A DNA stretch of 64,000 bases, taken from assembly GCA_036785375.1 (NCBI GenBank), contig JAWMAR010000028.1:11098001-11162000 (forward strand), read 5' to 3'. Positions 46,601-59,100 of the stretch are shown one piece after another (the first letter of the stretch is position 1; every line of letters begins with the position of its first letter). This stretch comes from Leucoraja ocellata (taxonomy: Eukaryota). The position numbers and the translations under genes are program-made. The notes under the pieces are model-generated. The model saw nothing but the letters and a program-made list of their open reading frames with translations. It searched no databases and was not told where the DNA came from.

Positions 46601-49600
46601 GCTGTCAAATACACTCTAATACGAAATGAATGAACATTTAAAGACGTATTAATTGGCATTAGGCGAAAATGAGTGATAACTCCAAAGGGGTAGACCAATG
46701 AGTATCTACAATTGTGGTCCTTTAAGTTACGGTACATTTTGAGCTGGCAGGGTGATTTATGCGTGACTGGGAAACCAGGGATTCCGATGTCACGTCTAAT
46801 TAACACGAAACAATTAACCTCCACATTACGTGATTCTCCTTCCATTCATTTGAACATCAAATTCTAGTGTGCGCGCCAAACGGCTTTGAAGAAGAATCGC
46901 AATTAAGAAATACCTAGAAAGGAACACAATGGGCGAGTGTATAATTGGGTCCAGTGTGTGGAAAGACTATAAAGCCCTTATTTCATTTTTTTGGGCGGAA
47001 TATATAAAATCATGTTCACTCGTGCTAACGAGAAATAGAATCGTGCAGAGAGTTTCCGAGACAACAGAGTGTAGAGAATTAACGTGTAAGATTCTATCAC
47101 ATAAAGAAAGCAAATACCTTGGGAGGTTTGCCAACGAGAAACTGATACGGTTAACAAGGGCTCCACTTGTAGGAATATTTGTGTTTCACGAGGCATTTCT
47201 ATGATGCCAGGTATTTTAAAAACAAAACAGGCGTTTCTAAATCTTTGCACTTTTTTCAGTAACACATTCGAACTTAGTATCTTTGAAATGTTATATGGTG
47301 ATTTGCGAACTCATTTGGAAATAAGCACTAGTATTGTTATTTTTTTGTTTATTACATGTTATCTACGAGTACTGTGTTTACAAGCTGGTTAAGATGCTGC
47401 AAGTTTTAAAAAAATCATTGTTCCGTTGTCAATACACACGACTTTCCCCCTCTCTCTTGACCTTGGTCGTTATAAACCAGGGCGATTTTAAAAGTCGAAT
47501 GAAATGTTTGATCTGTAGATGTACTGTATTACCTGGCGCCCGGGATATCCTACCATCTTTAACACTTCCTTCGTTACTCTAATATTTCTAACGCATGGTT
47601 TTCTTTAAGAACGTTGCCTTAGCCCACCTTGGTTGTAAGTTGGGATGTCAACTCCTAGGGCAGGGCTTTTTCTTTTCCGGGGCCGGCCTTTCTGCACGGT
47701 GCCTGTCCCGTTGAAATAAGGTAATCCGAGGCCCCCGCTCTTTGCAGCGAGCTCCGTGTAGTTCAGTTGCGTGTGATAATCACTCTGCACCAGCGACTCG
47801 AAGTGAACTCTGCAGTAGACCAGGTTATCTTTCATGCCAAAGTGATCGCCCGTGGTTAATGTTTTGTTGCAAGTCATACACGTGAAACAACTCAAATGAT
47901 AGACCGAGTCCCTGGCACGCATAACCATTTCAGAAGCAGAGATCCCGAGGTGGCAGCGGGAGCAGCGTTGCACAGAAAATCTCCTGTGAAAAAATAACAA
48001 AAGGCACAAACTTTAGAAATAGGTGCATTGGATTAAAACGCATCACCAACCTCACAACTCAGAAGAACCACAATAAAGTGTGTGCTGTTACATTTTTGAT
48101 CTCACAATATTTTAACTACTGATTTCAACTATTCCTGTTCATTTAAGGAACGTCACCACATGGTCTATAGACTCGAGCCGGTTTTATACACGCTGATAAT
48201 TTTGTTCCATGTTATTTTCTGCATAAATAGTCCCTTGTTCGTGCGCGTGTTAGAGAACGGGTTGAATAGCGAATTAACCAGTTAGTGTGTAAGTTTAGCT
48301 ATGGGGACAAGGTAGGATCTTTCCTCTCTCTAATTGTATTGCCCACATTTTTCACAGTCGCTCTTAAAAATCCGACAGGTCCAATCAGGAAAACCACGTC
48401 AGACTATGAGGCTAGATTCAGTTCAGTCTTATTGACAATCATATCATATGAACTTTAGGCCAAAATGAGCCCAAATGCGTTCCCTTGTAAATGCGATGGT
48501 GTCTCAATCCCACAATTAAAGGAGTGTAGTAAACTCATTCGTGTTCCAAGATGCTCGATCGCACCCTGGAATTCCACTGAGTTCGTTTCATTACAGCAAA
48601 GGCCAACTCTGAACAGGACAACTGACGCACAATTTTGGTGTACAATTAGCAAACAAAGAGCAGGGTTGGGGGTTATACATAGCTGCCCCCTCCATCAGGG
48701 CCAATAAGAGGCCTACAACAAAGAGAGTGAAAAGCACAGCTCTCCCCGTCAAACGGCCCGCGAGCATTTCACCTCTGCTTTCAACGGCAAAGCCTCATTG
48801 ACGCGGTTGTTCTGTCGGTGACCGCGCTAACTCGCCCAATCTGGTTAAATGTAAAGAAATAACAACCAGTTGGCGGGATGCAGATCTGAACTGATGGGCA
48901 ATTGGCTGCAATGGAAAATGTAGAATGCAGCAGAGAAAGGCCGCACACTCCTGAGGCCGGGCTAAGCGGGGAGATGGTCATCTTGACGTGCAGGATAATT
49001 TCACCCCGTTTACTTTCAGCAGCCGTACCTGTAGTAATCTTCCTTGCAGTAAATGCTGCCGTCCTTGGCGAAGCAAGTGAGTTCGGACTCCAGGGCCAGC
49101 TTGCATTCGCAGCACTTGAGACATCTGAGGTGCCACTGTTTGTCCACTGCCAGTAAGTAATAGCGGTCGGCGATTTTACCGCCGCAGCCGGCGCACAGGG
49201 CGGGTTTATCAGAATTAATAGAAGGCATCGCCTGCAAGCAGAAATTTCAAAAGGCGGTTAATGTCAAGTCGAAACGTCACCCTGAACAAATGTGAACACA
49301 GGGCTAATAAACACGAAGCGAACAGAGCCAAAGTCCGGCCATTACAAGACTTTTGTATGCAGCGGCATTTATGCTTCATTCGCTGTAGCCGTTAGGTGTA
49401 TTTTACATAATGCAACACAGGATTATACAAACTAAATATTATTCGCAATTATTCAAACAAATCTTACTGGCAGACATTTGAATAAAGTGTCATTTCCTCT
49501 GGCGAATTGCAGTCCGATTGTAAATACAATTTCCCATTCGGGATTACTAAAAACGGTAAATTGGCAAATTTATTGATACTTAATTCATTGGTTGCAAAGT

Positions 49601-50115
49601 ACTTGTTATTGGATCTGTGCGGGGCAATTATCCCACAGGGTAATGGGCTGTGTAAATTCACAAGGCGCTCTGTGTATTTTTCCTGCTATAATTTGAGTTT
49701 GTATGTATAACTTTATTCACCAAAGCCAACCGGCCAAAGGGACGCGCAGATTGGTTTTGTCGCTGCCATTTGTTACCATTTTTTAAAACTGTTCTTACAT
49801 TGAATGTCACAGATTTTTTTTAAGAGAAAAATTCCGCTTAGCGGGGTCCCTCACCAAGCCGCCGTTTGGAAAGGTAAAGGTAGTCAAGGAATTGTCCGCG
49901 TTTCAAAAATGAACATGTCTCTCCGTTGTTTTCGTTCTTACCGTTTCCCTTCCGTTCATCTGAACCCCTTTCGCGATGCGCCCATCCGTCTTGGACCTCC
50001 GTTCCATCTCCTCCATAATCCCCTGGATCTCGCCCCCAGAGATGCCGTGGAAAAGCATTGCTGATTGACGGAAAGTGCACGTGTCTTCCGCGGACCTTGC
50101 TCTGAGTACTTCCAT
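43424..50115 (-). CDS. lhx9: LIM/homeobox protein Lhx9, copy 2; join(50115..49942,49231..49029,47983..47628,45115..44913,43687..43424), 399 aa
   Basis: Same exon sizes, splice sites and translation as copy 1; no amino-acid difference seen. Possibly the second allele rather than a paralogue. Confidence 0.95.
44913..45115 (-). CDS. lhx9: lhx9 copy 2 coding exon 4 (homeodomain, N-terminal part)
   Basis: Same translation as 14340-14542. Confidence 0.96.
45228..45322 (+). mobile_element. Copy-2-specific 95-bp Penelope-like insertion with a 12-bp TSD in lhx9 intron 3
   Basis: ctccccatcctt occurs at 45216-45227 and 45323-45334; copy 1 has a single empty site at 14643-14654. Confidence 0.93.
45230..45257 (+). 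ncRNA. Candidate minimal hammerhead ribozyme motif (Penelope-like element type)
   Basis: CTGAAGA-A-GGGT-TTCG-GCCC-GAAACGTT matches the conserved CUGAnGA and GAAA boxes, with stem II, a palindromic ACGU in place of stem III and an NUH triplet. Stem I is only 2 bp, so activity is unproven. Confidence 0.6.
47628..47983 (-). CDS. lhx9: lhx9 copy 2 coding exon 3 (LIM2)
   Basis: Same translation as 16946-17301. Confidence 0.96.
49029..49231 (-). CDS. lhx9: lhx9 copy 2 coding exon 2 (LIM1)
   Basis: Same translation as 18347-18549. Confidence 0.96.
49942..50115 (-). CDS. lhx9: lhx9 copy 2 coding exon 1
   Basis: Same translation as 19257-19430; donor gtaaga. Confidence 0.93.
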
Positions 50116-53100
50116 ACAGACCCGGCTCAAACCATGGAGCAAGCTCGCCGCTAGACAATTAAAACAACAACAATAACGTCAGCCGCAGTTCTCGAACGCG
50201 AGTGGGGGGGGGGGGGGGGAGAGGGAATTCAACAGGTCAAACTCCCGGGCGGACAGGCGGGCAGGCGGGCGGGGGAAATGGTCATTACTGGCTGGTGCGG
50301 AGCCAACGTTTCCGAGAGAGGCCGCTCTCTGCAGACCGGGTTGAAGCGACGGTTAAACAAGGAAGTTAGGGCGGTTTGAGCGGCATCCCACTGACCCTGT
50401 TCAAGTCCTCGCTGATGCTGCCGCACCTCACTGGCTGCGATCCCCCAGTTTTGCCTATTTGTCGCTGCCTCTTGCCAGGGCACAGTTGGATAATTTGGTA
50501 GGAGGAGTTCTATAGACTGCTACCTAATCCGTTTCATTACAGAGCCCTGTCATAGTCTTTTCATTGGCTATTGACGGACGGTCCGTGACAACTCGGAGCG
50601 CGTTTGATTTTCCAATGTGATCACTTTTTTTTACCGCCACTTCCCGAATGGGTAACGCGAGTAATCGGAGGTCCCTTTTCCATTATTAGTTTCAGAGCAA
50701 CAGGTATTCTTTGAAAAAGGATTTATTTTACAATAAATAGTTCCTTTGCTTTGTGTAAACAGCAACAAAAAAAGTCGGTCTAGGAGAATTGTCTTTGTTT
50801 TTCGACGAGAAACGAGAATGGTTCATTTTAAGAAGAATGTGACATCACTCAAGAGCCATGCAATGTCAGTGAAAACAAAGCATCACCTTCAACAATAATT
50901 TAGTTGGGCCGAGCTGAGGGGAAGCCGAGAGGGGAGAGATTTAATGAGGGGAAGCTTTTTTTTTCATTCAGAGGGTGGTGGGCATTTGGAACGAGCTGCC
51001 AGACGAGGTAGTTGAGGCAGGTATTATCACAACATTTTAACGACATTTGAACAGGTACATGGATAAGCAAGGTTTAGAGGGATATGGGGCAAACGCGGGT
51101 AATCAAGGGTGGTGTAGATGGGGCAAGATGTGTATGAAGGAACTGCAGATGCTGTGTTAAACCGAAGATAGACACAAGATGCTGGAGTAACTCGGGAGAG
51201 AAGCAATGTGTGACATTTCGGGTCGAAACCCTTCTTCAGTCTGATGGGGCATCTTGGCCGAGTTGGACCAACGGCCTGTTTCCTTGCTGTATGAATCTGT
51301 GACCCTAGTTAGATAACTTCATACACTTTCGACAAAGCTTGAGATATATTAACGTTGCTTGCTGATAGCATATATTAAATATTCAATTCAATTTTGATTG
51401 TGTGGCACAAACGAAACAGACCGCGGCAACTTGTCTCATCTCCCCATCCCAAGCAAAGGACGGGAATTTGTGTCTGTAAAACAAGTGCGACCAACCGTGT
51501 GGCCCTTCTCCGGTCAGTGTGCCGAAGTTCAACGCAACTGCGAAAACCCGTGGCCGCTGCCTGCACCCGACTGGCAGAGCTTGCAAAATGTCCGGGTCCG
51601 GTCCGGGTTTAGCCCCTCTGCCTTTGGGCAGGAACATCCAATCTGGACCGGCCTCATATCGTAGCATCTCACACGAGGGAGTCGCTCGCTCGTTTAAAGC
51701 TGTCCTATCTGTTTAATGCTGGGCTGCGCGCTGCCGGTTGTGAATGTGTGACATTCAGATCCAGGCATTCAAAGCATTGGGACTTGTGATGGCACGTGAA
51801 AAGCCTCTCTTCCACCACAATCACTGAAATGGCTGGAAGTTTAAAACGAGTCAACGGTGCTCTCAAGTTCCCATCCAAGATGGCTTGACATCCCATGCTG
51901 AAGTCAAACTCTTCGCATGGTTGGGAAAGGATTAGGATGCTATAGGCAAATAGGACTATCGCAATACGTCAATTTGGTTGGCATGGACAAGGCGTTGCCC
52001 TGCTCTACAGCTCCGATTGTGGGAGGATGGGGTTTCTGTTACTAGGGATCTCCTGATAAAAGTATGTGTGTTGTTTGTTACAGATTACTCAGCTGAATTC
52101 TCGGGGACGTTGCGCGCCTGCGTGAGGTTACACGTGTGTTCAAAGTCGACATAAAGTTAGGGATTTCATACCCAGCGATGGTTTTAGTCACCTCAACATT
52201 AGTATGTTGGTAATTATCCAATCCGTTTAAATAATTACTCCCGCACGCTCTGATGGGTGGAGAGTGAAGGACTTTTGTGGCTTAGAATCATAGAAACATA
52301 GAAAAATGGGTACAGGAGTAGGCCATTCGACCCTTCAAGCCATTCCACCGCCATTCAATATGATCGTGGCTGATCATCTAAAATCAGTACCCCGTTCCCG
52401 CTTTCCCCCCATATCCCTTGATTCCTTTAGCCGAAAGAGATTCTGCCCATGGCACGCCTATGTAGACGGGGAGACATTATTTTTGCACTAATACTGCATA
52501 TTTATTAGTCTGTTTAATATATATATATATATAGTATATACTAAACGTGTTCGTTGTTTATTAAGGGTTTTACAGAGTACTGTGTTTACACATCTGTTGT
52601 GCTGCTGCGAGTAAGAATGTCGTTGTTCTGTTTTGGGACACATGACAATAAAATACTCTTGACTCTTGACTTGGTCGAGATGAATCCGACCATCACGCAA
52701 CATTTCGAAGAGATAGGTTGAATTCACAAAATAATTTCTCCAGGGAAGGGGAATCAAGATGCAAGGACATATATTTGAGGTGAGAAGAGAAAGATTCGGT
52801 GGGTGTACGGAACGAGCTGCCAGAGGAGGTAGTTGAGACAGGTATTTTGACAGCTAATAAAATACACGTGGATAGATACATGGATGGGGAAGGTTTAGAG
52901 GAATATGGACCAAACGCGGGCAATTGGGACAAGTGTAGATGGGGCATCTTGGTCGACATGGGGACCGGGCCGAAGGGCCTGTTTCCGTGCAGAATCTATG
53001 ACTCTGTGGTGAGCCTCTCTCTCGTGGCCTTGACCAAGGGTCTCCATCCATTCAACATGAGCCCGATCTATGAATTTCGATGACACCAGCCCAAGCTGCG

Positions 53101-56100
53101 AGAGCGTGTGGATACAACGCAGCCCAGAAGTACAGGCCGGCGCATGGTGCGCGCATCTGCATCGTAGCCTCCAGCTCAAAGCCCGAGATCGGCACCCGTT
53201 CCTTCTTACTATCTCTCAAGTTCCAAAATCATTGGCAAAATAATTCAATCTCCAACCCTGCTGGGTGTTCAGGTCGCGCCTGTAACTGAGAAGTTTAGTG
53301 TAGGGAGGAACCGCAGATGCAGGGTTATACCGAAGACAGACACGGAGTGTTGGAGTAACTCAGCTGGTCAGGCAGCATCTCTGGGGAAAGGAATAGGGTC
53401 GAAACCCTTCTTCAGACTGAGAGTCGGTGGGAGAGGAAACTAGAGGTAATACAAGGTTCAGAACAAATCAGATGGGGCACCGATGACCAAGGAATGTTGG
53501 AGCCCACAATGGTCCACTGTTGGCTGTGGGAGAGGTGACAACGAACGGATATATAGATGCGAACAATGGAACTGGCAGGCCGGCTAGGATGGCATCTCTG
53601 GAGAAAAGGAATAGGTGATGGATGTTTGTGGTGGGAATTCTTCTTCAGGAGAAATGTCCAGTCGCCCATGAGAAGCGCGGCTCCGACACTCAAAGATACC
53701 GACCCCTTCCCCTGTGCACTGACCCCTTCCTCTGTGTACTGACCCGCGGACCAGAAGTACGTGCACTCCCCGGAAGATGTAAAGATACTAAAGCGGTTAC
53801 TCTGTAAATGCGACTTAAACCCGCCGCAGCCAAATGTTCAAGTCAAGTCAAGAGAGTTTATTATCATGTGTCCCAGATAGGACAATGAAACTCATGCAAA
53901 TTCACAGTGGCCTTTTCGGACTTGCAGTTTGTAATTCTAAACTTTACACAACAGGAAGACCAATCTAAATATTAACCACGGCTGAGATTTTTACTTTACA
54001 CCATTTAAACCATTATCGTTCTTTGATTTTAAACGGGTTTAACCTGCCAGGTAACCCTGTTTTAAAATGCACCTTAACACACATAACTCCGCAATTGGAT
54101 TGGAGGGATTCACGGGTGTGCTTCCCATTTCCCGAAATCGAAACTATTTTATCCGTGGTAAATGACGCCCTTTTTTTTTACAAAAACACCGTGAACTTTA
54201 AGAGTTTCGAGGTGCAATTGACAGAGGGATATGCAGCGCTGCGAAATGGGGCAAATATCCTAGTTACACTGGGACCTCTTCTGCCCACTGACAACACTTA
54301 ATCCCGCTCCGTGTAATTACTAACTGTGCCTCAAAATGACTGAGCATGTAACTAAAAATTACCCCGCGCCCCATTCGCAAATGTTTACTCGTTGTCAAAA
54401 GCCGGCGCTCGGTTACCGCTAGGCACTTTGTTAATATGATGAACACACTTTTGTCTCCAACACTTTTGTCATTTCTGCCTCTCGCGGCGTTCCGTCATCG
54501 TCTTTGTTTCTTTTTCTGTCTTTGCCTCCCTCTGTCTCTCCCTCACACCCCATATGCCTGTCCTGATATACAGTTTAAACTAATTGGTTTAGAATAAATC
54601 CTCTGACTGGCTGTTTTAGCCCCAGTCTCTGCTGTGCCAGCTGCTGCCTGTTTGATCACACCTTCATCCCAGACTGTACGGGGGTTCCTGTCTACGGAGC
54701 CTCTCTTTCCCGCTCCTCTGGGACCCCATATACGGCCGTTAGAGCGTGTGCAGAACATATAGAATAAATGTCCCAGCGAGATGCAATCTTCTAGCCAGCA
54801 TCCTACCTGCAAATTAACTGATAGCTCGCCCTTTTGTCCCTCAGTACAACTATAATGCTGAACATTTATTAACTGGAGGAGCGTTTAATTTTTGTGTTGA
54901 ACAGATTCAATTAGCAGTGCGCACTGCTTAGCGGGTAGACGCATCGGCCAGATTGCCAGGGTTTAGCTCATAAGGCACAATTTCATGTGAAAATGAAGTC
55001 AATCAAGTGAAATAAGCAGTGATTTGTTTGTTGCTGGCACGTCCTAGGATGTGCAGCAGGGCTGTTATTTGCTGTAAGTAATGCAATTAGCCGTTTGTAC
55101 AGAAATCAGTGGTTTATATAAATAGACCAGCGATAGTTGTACATGTGTGCAGACATACTCGAGAGGAAATACCCATTATCGGGGATGTTTCTCATGGTGC
55201 TGTCACGTGTTAATATCCACAATTATTTTCATCGCTATAATTTTTTTAATCTTACATCAGCCACTAGTGAATAGGGAAAGCGAAAGTCACAAGTATATCG
55301 GAGGCTAGATTAATGTAAAACACGGCGATTGAACCAAAGTAGAAAATGAGGACATTACATCTTGAGCTATATTTAAGAAGAATATCTGTAAATCTGTTAA
55401 TGGTCATAACAAATTGTCTGGGTGTTCAGAATACATTACATGATCTCGCCCCTAGCATGTTGTTATGTGATCTAATCGAATGCAATGTTATCCGATCCCA
55501 TCACACCTAATATACTGTGGAGGAGTTTTATTCCAGAATTGAACGATTGTATCGGGCGACAGGCAACCTTCTTCATTCTGCTAAAGTCCATGGCTCTTTG
55601 ACACACGGCACAGTTCTGAGTTCGAAGTCAATCTATCCAAATACATTATGATATACCCAATCTGAATCTCACCTTTTGCAACATTAGATCTGTACGCACC
55701 GTTTAATGGTCCCGGCTGTGGGGGGAAGGGGAGGATTTTAATGTTTTACATCCATTCTCGGCGATTTCACGTGGACATTAATGCACAAATAAAGAAGGTA
55801 CATGCAAATATTATTCTAAGATAATAACCCCAACCAATGGGAGGCCGTTAAATTCCACTAATGAATACGTATTTAACTCTAATTAACGACTATCTAATGA
55901 GGACTTTATGTAAATTCAAACAAACATTAAATATGAGGATCCCCCGCGCGCCTGAAGGCGAGTTATCCGTATGTCTGTGTAACACACAATAACACATTTT
56001 AGATTTCTTAATGTACTATTCTCGGATCTAAGGTTCCCACAAACAGAAGCGACGAGCGCTTTCAAACCGCTGCTGAAAGAATCAAGCCAAAGAATTCTCT

Positions 56101-59100
56101 CCCTCCATCCCAATATGACAGATAAAAGCTCAATCATAACCCGGGCTTGATTGAATGAATTCAATTAACATGCTGTGAAGTCCGAGTACTTTCTTTCCCA
56201 TTTGTTGTACAATACACTTCCTCTACTTCTATGCAAAACTGCAGGTGCATTAGAGACGAGGAGCTATTTTTCCATTTCGGGCAAGAGAAAAACGTTTTTA
56301 AATTTACATATCTGTCTCTGCTCAATAGCACTATTACCAGTAATTGGCCGGGTACAATAACATAACTCAAATATGGCGAAACCCATACATCTGTATTCAT
56401 TTAATTAATTCTCTGATCTCCTGGTTCGCTCCATCAAGCGCAGTCAGGTACACGGGGCGATGGGCTGTTGACAAGCCGAGGCGATTGTCGGTTTTGTAAC
56501 CCAGCTATCCGGACATTTCAAAATTATAACTTGAAAAAAAAACCGCGATTCATCCCAGCTCCATTTATCCAAATCCTCTATTTAATTTGCCGTTTACCCT
56601 CGCAGGTTCATAGTGTACGACACAGAAATACAAATTAACTTCCCTGCCTCAATGCAGGACGTGGCCACAACACGTGGGCTGATTATGTTTGCTGTTCAGA
56701 TTGTTAGTGTATAGCTCTGGGTATTGTTTTGTACTATATAACGGGGGCGGAAGGATAACTGCGCAAGACTGGATTATACTTTTTATACCGGCATAGCAAC
56801 AATTTAGCAATACTTAGGAGAAGAAACCCATTGCATTTAAAATAATAGAATTCACATGTTTTATTTAAAATATATAGTTACTATTGCACGGCTGTTGCAA
56901 ATGTCCCTCAACACACGGAGGTTGTAATGTTTCCTATTTGACGTTTTCTTACTTCAATTTAGATCGCAGCAATACAACGCCGGCCTTTGTCCAGATGAAA
57001 TACTTCCTTTGGCTGCTCGTTAATTAATGATCCCCCAAGGATGATTGGGAAAGGTGAATTGGACGAGGTATATCCGCGCTTTATTCCAATTAACACAGCG
57101 TTGCAAAGCGGGGAAAGGCTGAAAGCTGAACGGTGTCTGGACTCATCAGATGTCTTGCATAGAATGCAAACACCGTTAAAGTTGCATCTCGATCATTAAC
57201 ACCGCGAATGCGCGCTTTAGCAGGATCTGAATGCTAGCTTGCATGCACAGTTTGAACAAAACGTTTCTCCAAAAGTATAAAAGTTAAAAATACAACTGAA
57301 ATACTGATTGCTTAACTTTGGAATTTCCTATCTTGAAATTATTTTGGGGCATGCATTATTCAGGGGAGGTGGACTGCCGAATATCCCAATTACAACCTGA
57401 ACGATTTTTAGTACGTTCAGTGTTTTCAGAAGAAGTATTGTTTTTTTAATTCAGTGCCGTGGTCCTATACTAACATTTCAATGTGATATTCACCAGTATG
57501 GCAACTTTGACATTGAAGAATAACAATCAGACGTGAACGCATGTCAAGTACAGAGAATAAAAGGAGCTCATATATTTACATATAACATTTAATTGTACGC
57601 GATTGGCAGCGTAAATATATCATAAATGGGTTAAGATATGTTTCGAATGTAATATTCCCCTAAAGAAATGTGCAAGTTTATCACAGAGAGATAGGAATAG
57701 CAATTCGGAAAGCGTTTTACTGGAAATTAATCAAAATCTTAGTTCCGGAAGCAATCTCCGTTGTCCAAAGTGTGAGAGGAAACTCATTAAGTAACAGGTG
57801 AACGGGGCAAACACTAGATGCGATATTTTTTAGCAAATGGACCAGAAGCTCAGACGAAACGGCGACAAATAAAAGTTTGAATTGATCTTTACGCCTTAGC
57901 TATGAAAAATCGGCTCAGGTTTGTAAATAGGACAAAATGACATGCATATTAGCCACAGAGATCAGCCGCGGACAGTATACTTTGAAATGGTGCTTAATCT
58001 TCATGGAATTGATTTCTTTGCAAGAGCAGAGTGTTTCTGTGTGTGTTAAACACTCGAGCCAAAAAAGCAAGGCCGACATGGAAGAACTATGTCCAAACAC
58101 AAAGGCTAAATGCGGTGCCATGTTTAGCCAGAGGCCTGGCGTGGACATCATATATTTTAAAGAACCCGATTCTCGCAGATCTTTGAGAAGCCACAATGTT
58201 CCACACTTCCTGGCCGTGTGCTTTGTGGTTTAATTGTGCAATATGGACGGGGAGAGAGAGGATGGGCACAGAAGATTCAAGGAGTGGTTGGTGGTGATGT
58301 TTCCATCACCCCACAAAATCAGCCCCCATCCCAGCCCCGCTCCTTCACCCGCCGCAGCCCATTGGAAAAACCCTCCCATCTGGGCGATGAACCGATCACG
58401 CTGAATATTTGTTCTCAGTGCCAGTTTCATTCATCTAAACCCTCTTTAACTCACGCTGCCTCGCTAGTCCCCAACTATAAAACCTCTGCTATTCATTAAT
58501 CAAACGACCAACACTGGGACACGACGGGGCCAACTAATTGCCGAAATGGGTAACTCGAAGAACATTTTGAGACGCAAATATCCGTAGCGTTTGTTTTTCA
58601 CGACAGCATTTACCACAAAAAAAAACCCCTCCAAATACCGGGAAACTGTTTTTGTTTGCCCATTGGCCAGAATTCAGGTGGCATGGGATTCCGGCTTTTC
58701 GCGGCGTCAATGGGTCGTTATATTAGCAATATTCAACCATATTCAACCGCTCACCGTTTCCCTTCAATGGCCAAATTATTGATCGTAATTCAACTCCATA
58801 CACGAATGATAGGTGCTTGGAAATCGCATCCGACTCGGGTTGCTGGAGATTACACTGTTTGTGCTGATTCTTATTTACTCGTTTTGGGTGTTATTTGTTG
58901 AGATTAATATTGTACTCCAGCGCTCTTGGTGAAATTAACGATTTTTAAAAANNNNNNNNNNNNNNNNNNNNNNNNNNNNNNNNNNNNNNNNNNNNNNNNN
59001 NNNNNNNNNNNNNNNNNNNNNNNNNNNNNNNNNNNNNNNNNNNNNNNNNNNNNNNNNNNNNNNNNNNNNNNNNNNNNNNNNNNNNNNNNNNNNNNNNNNN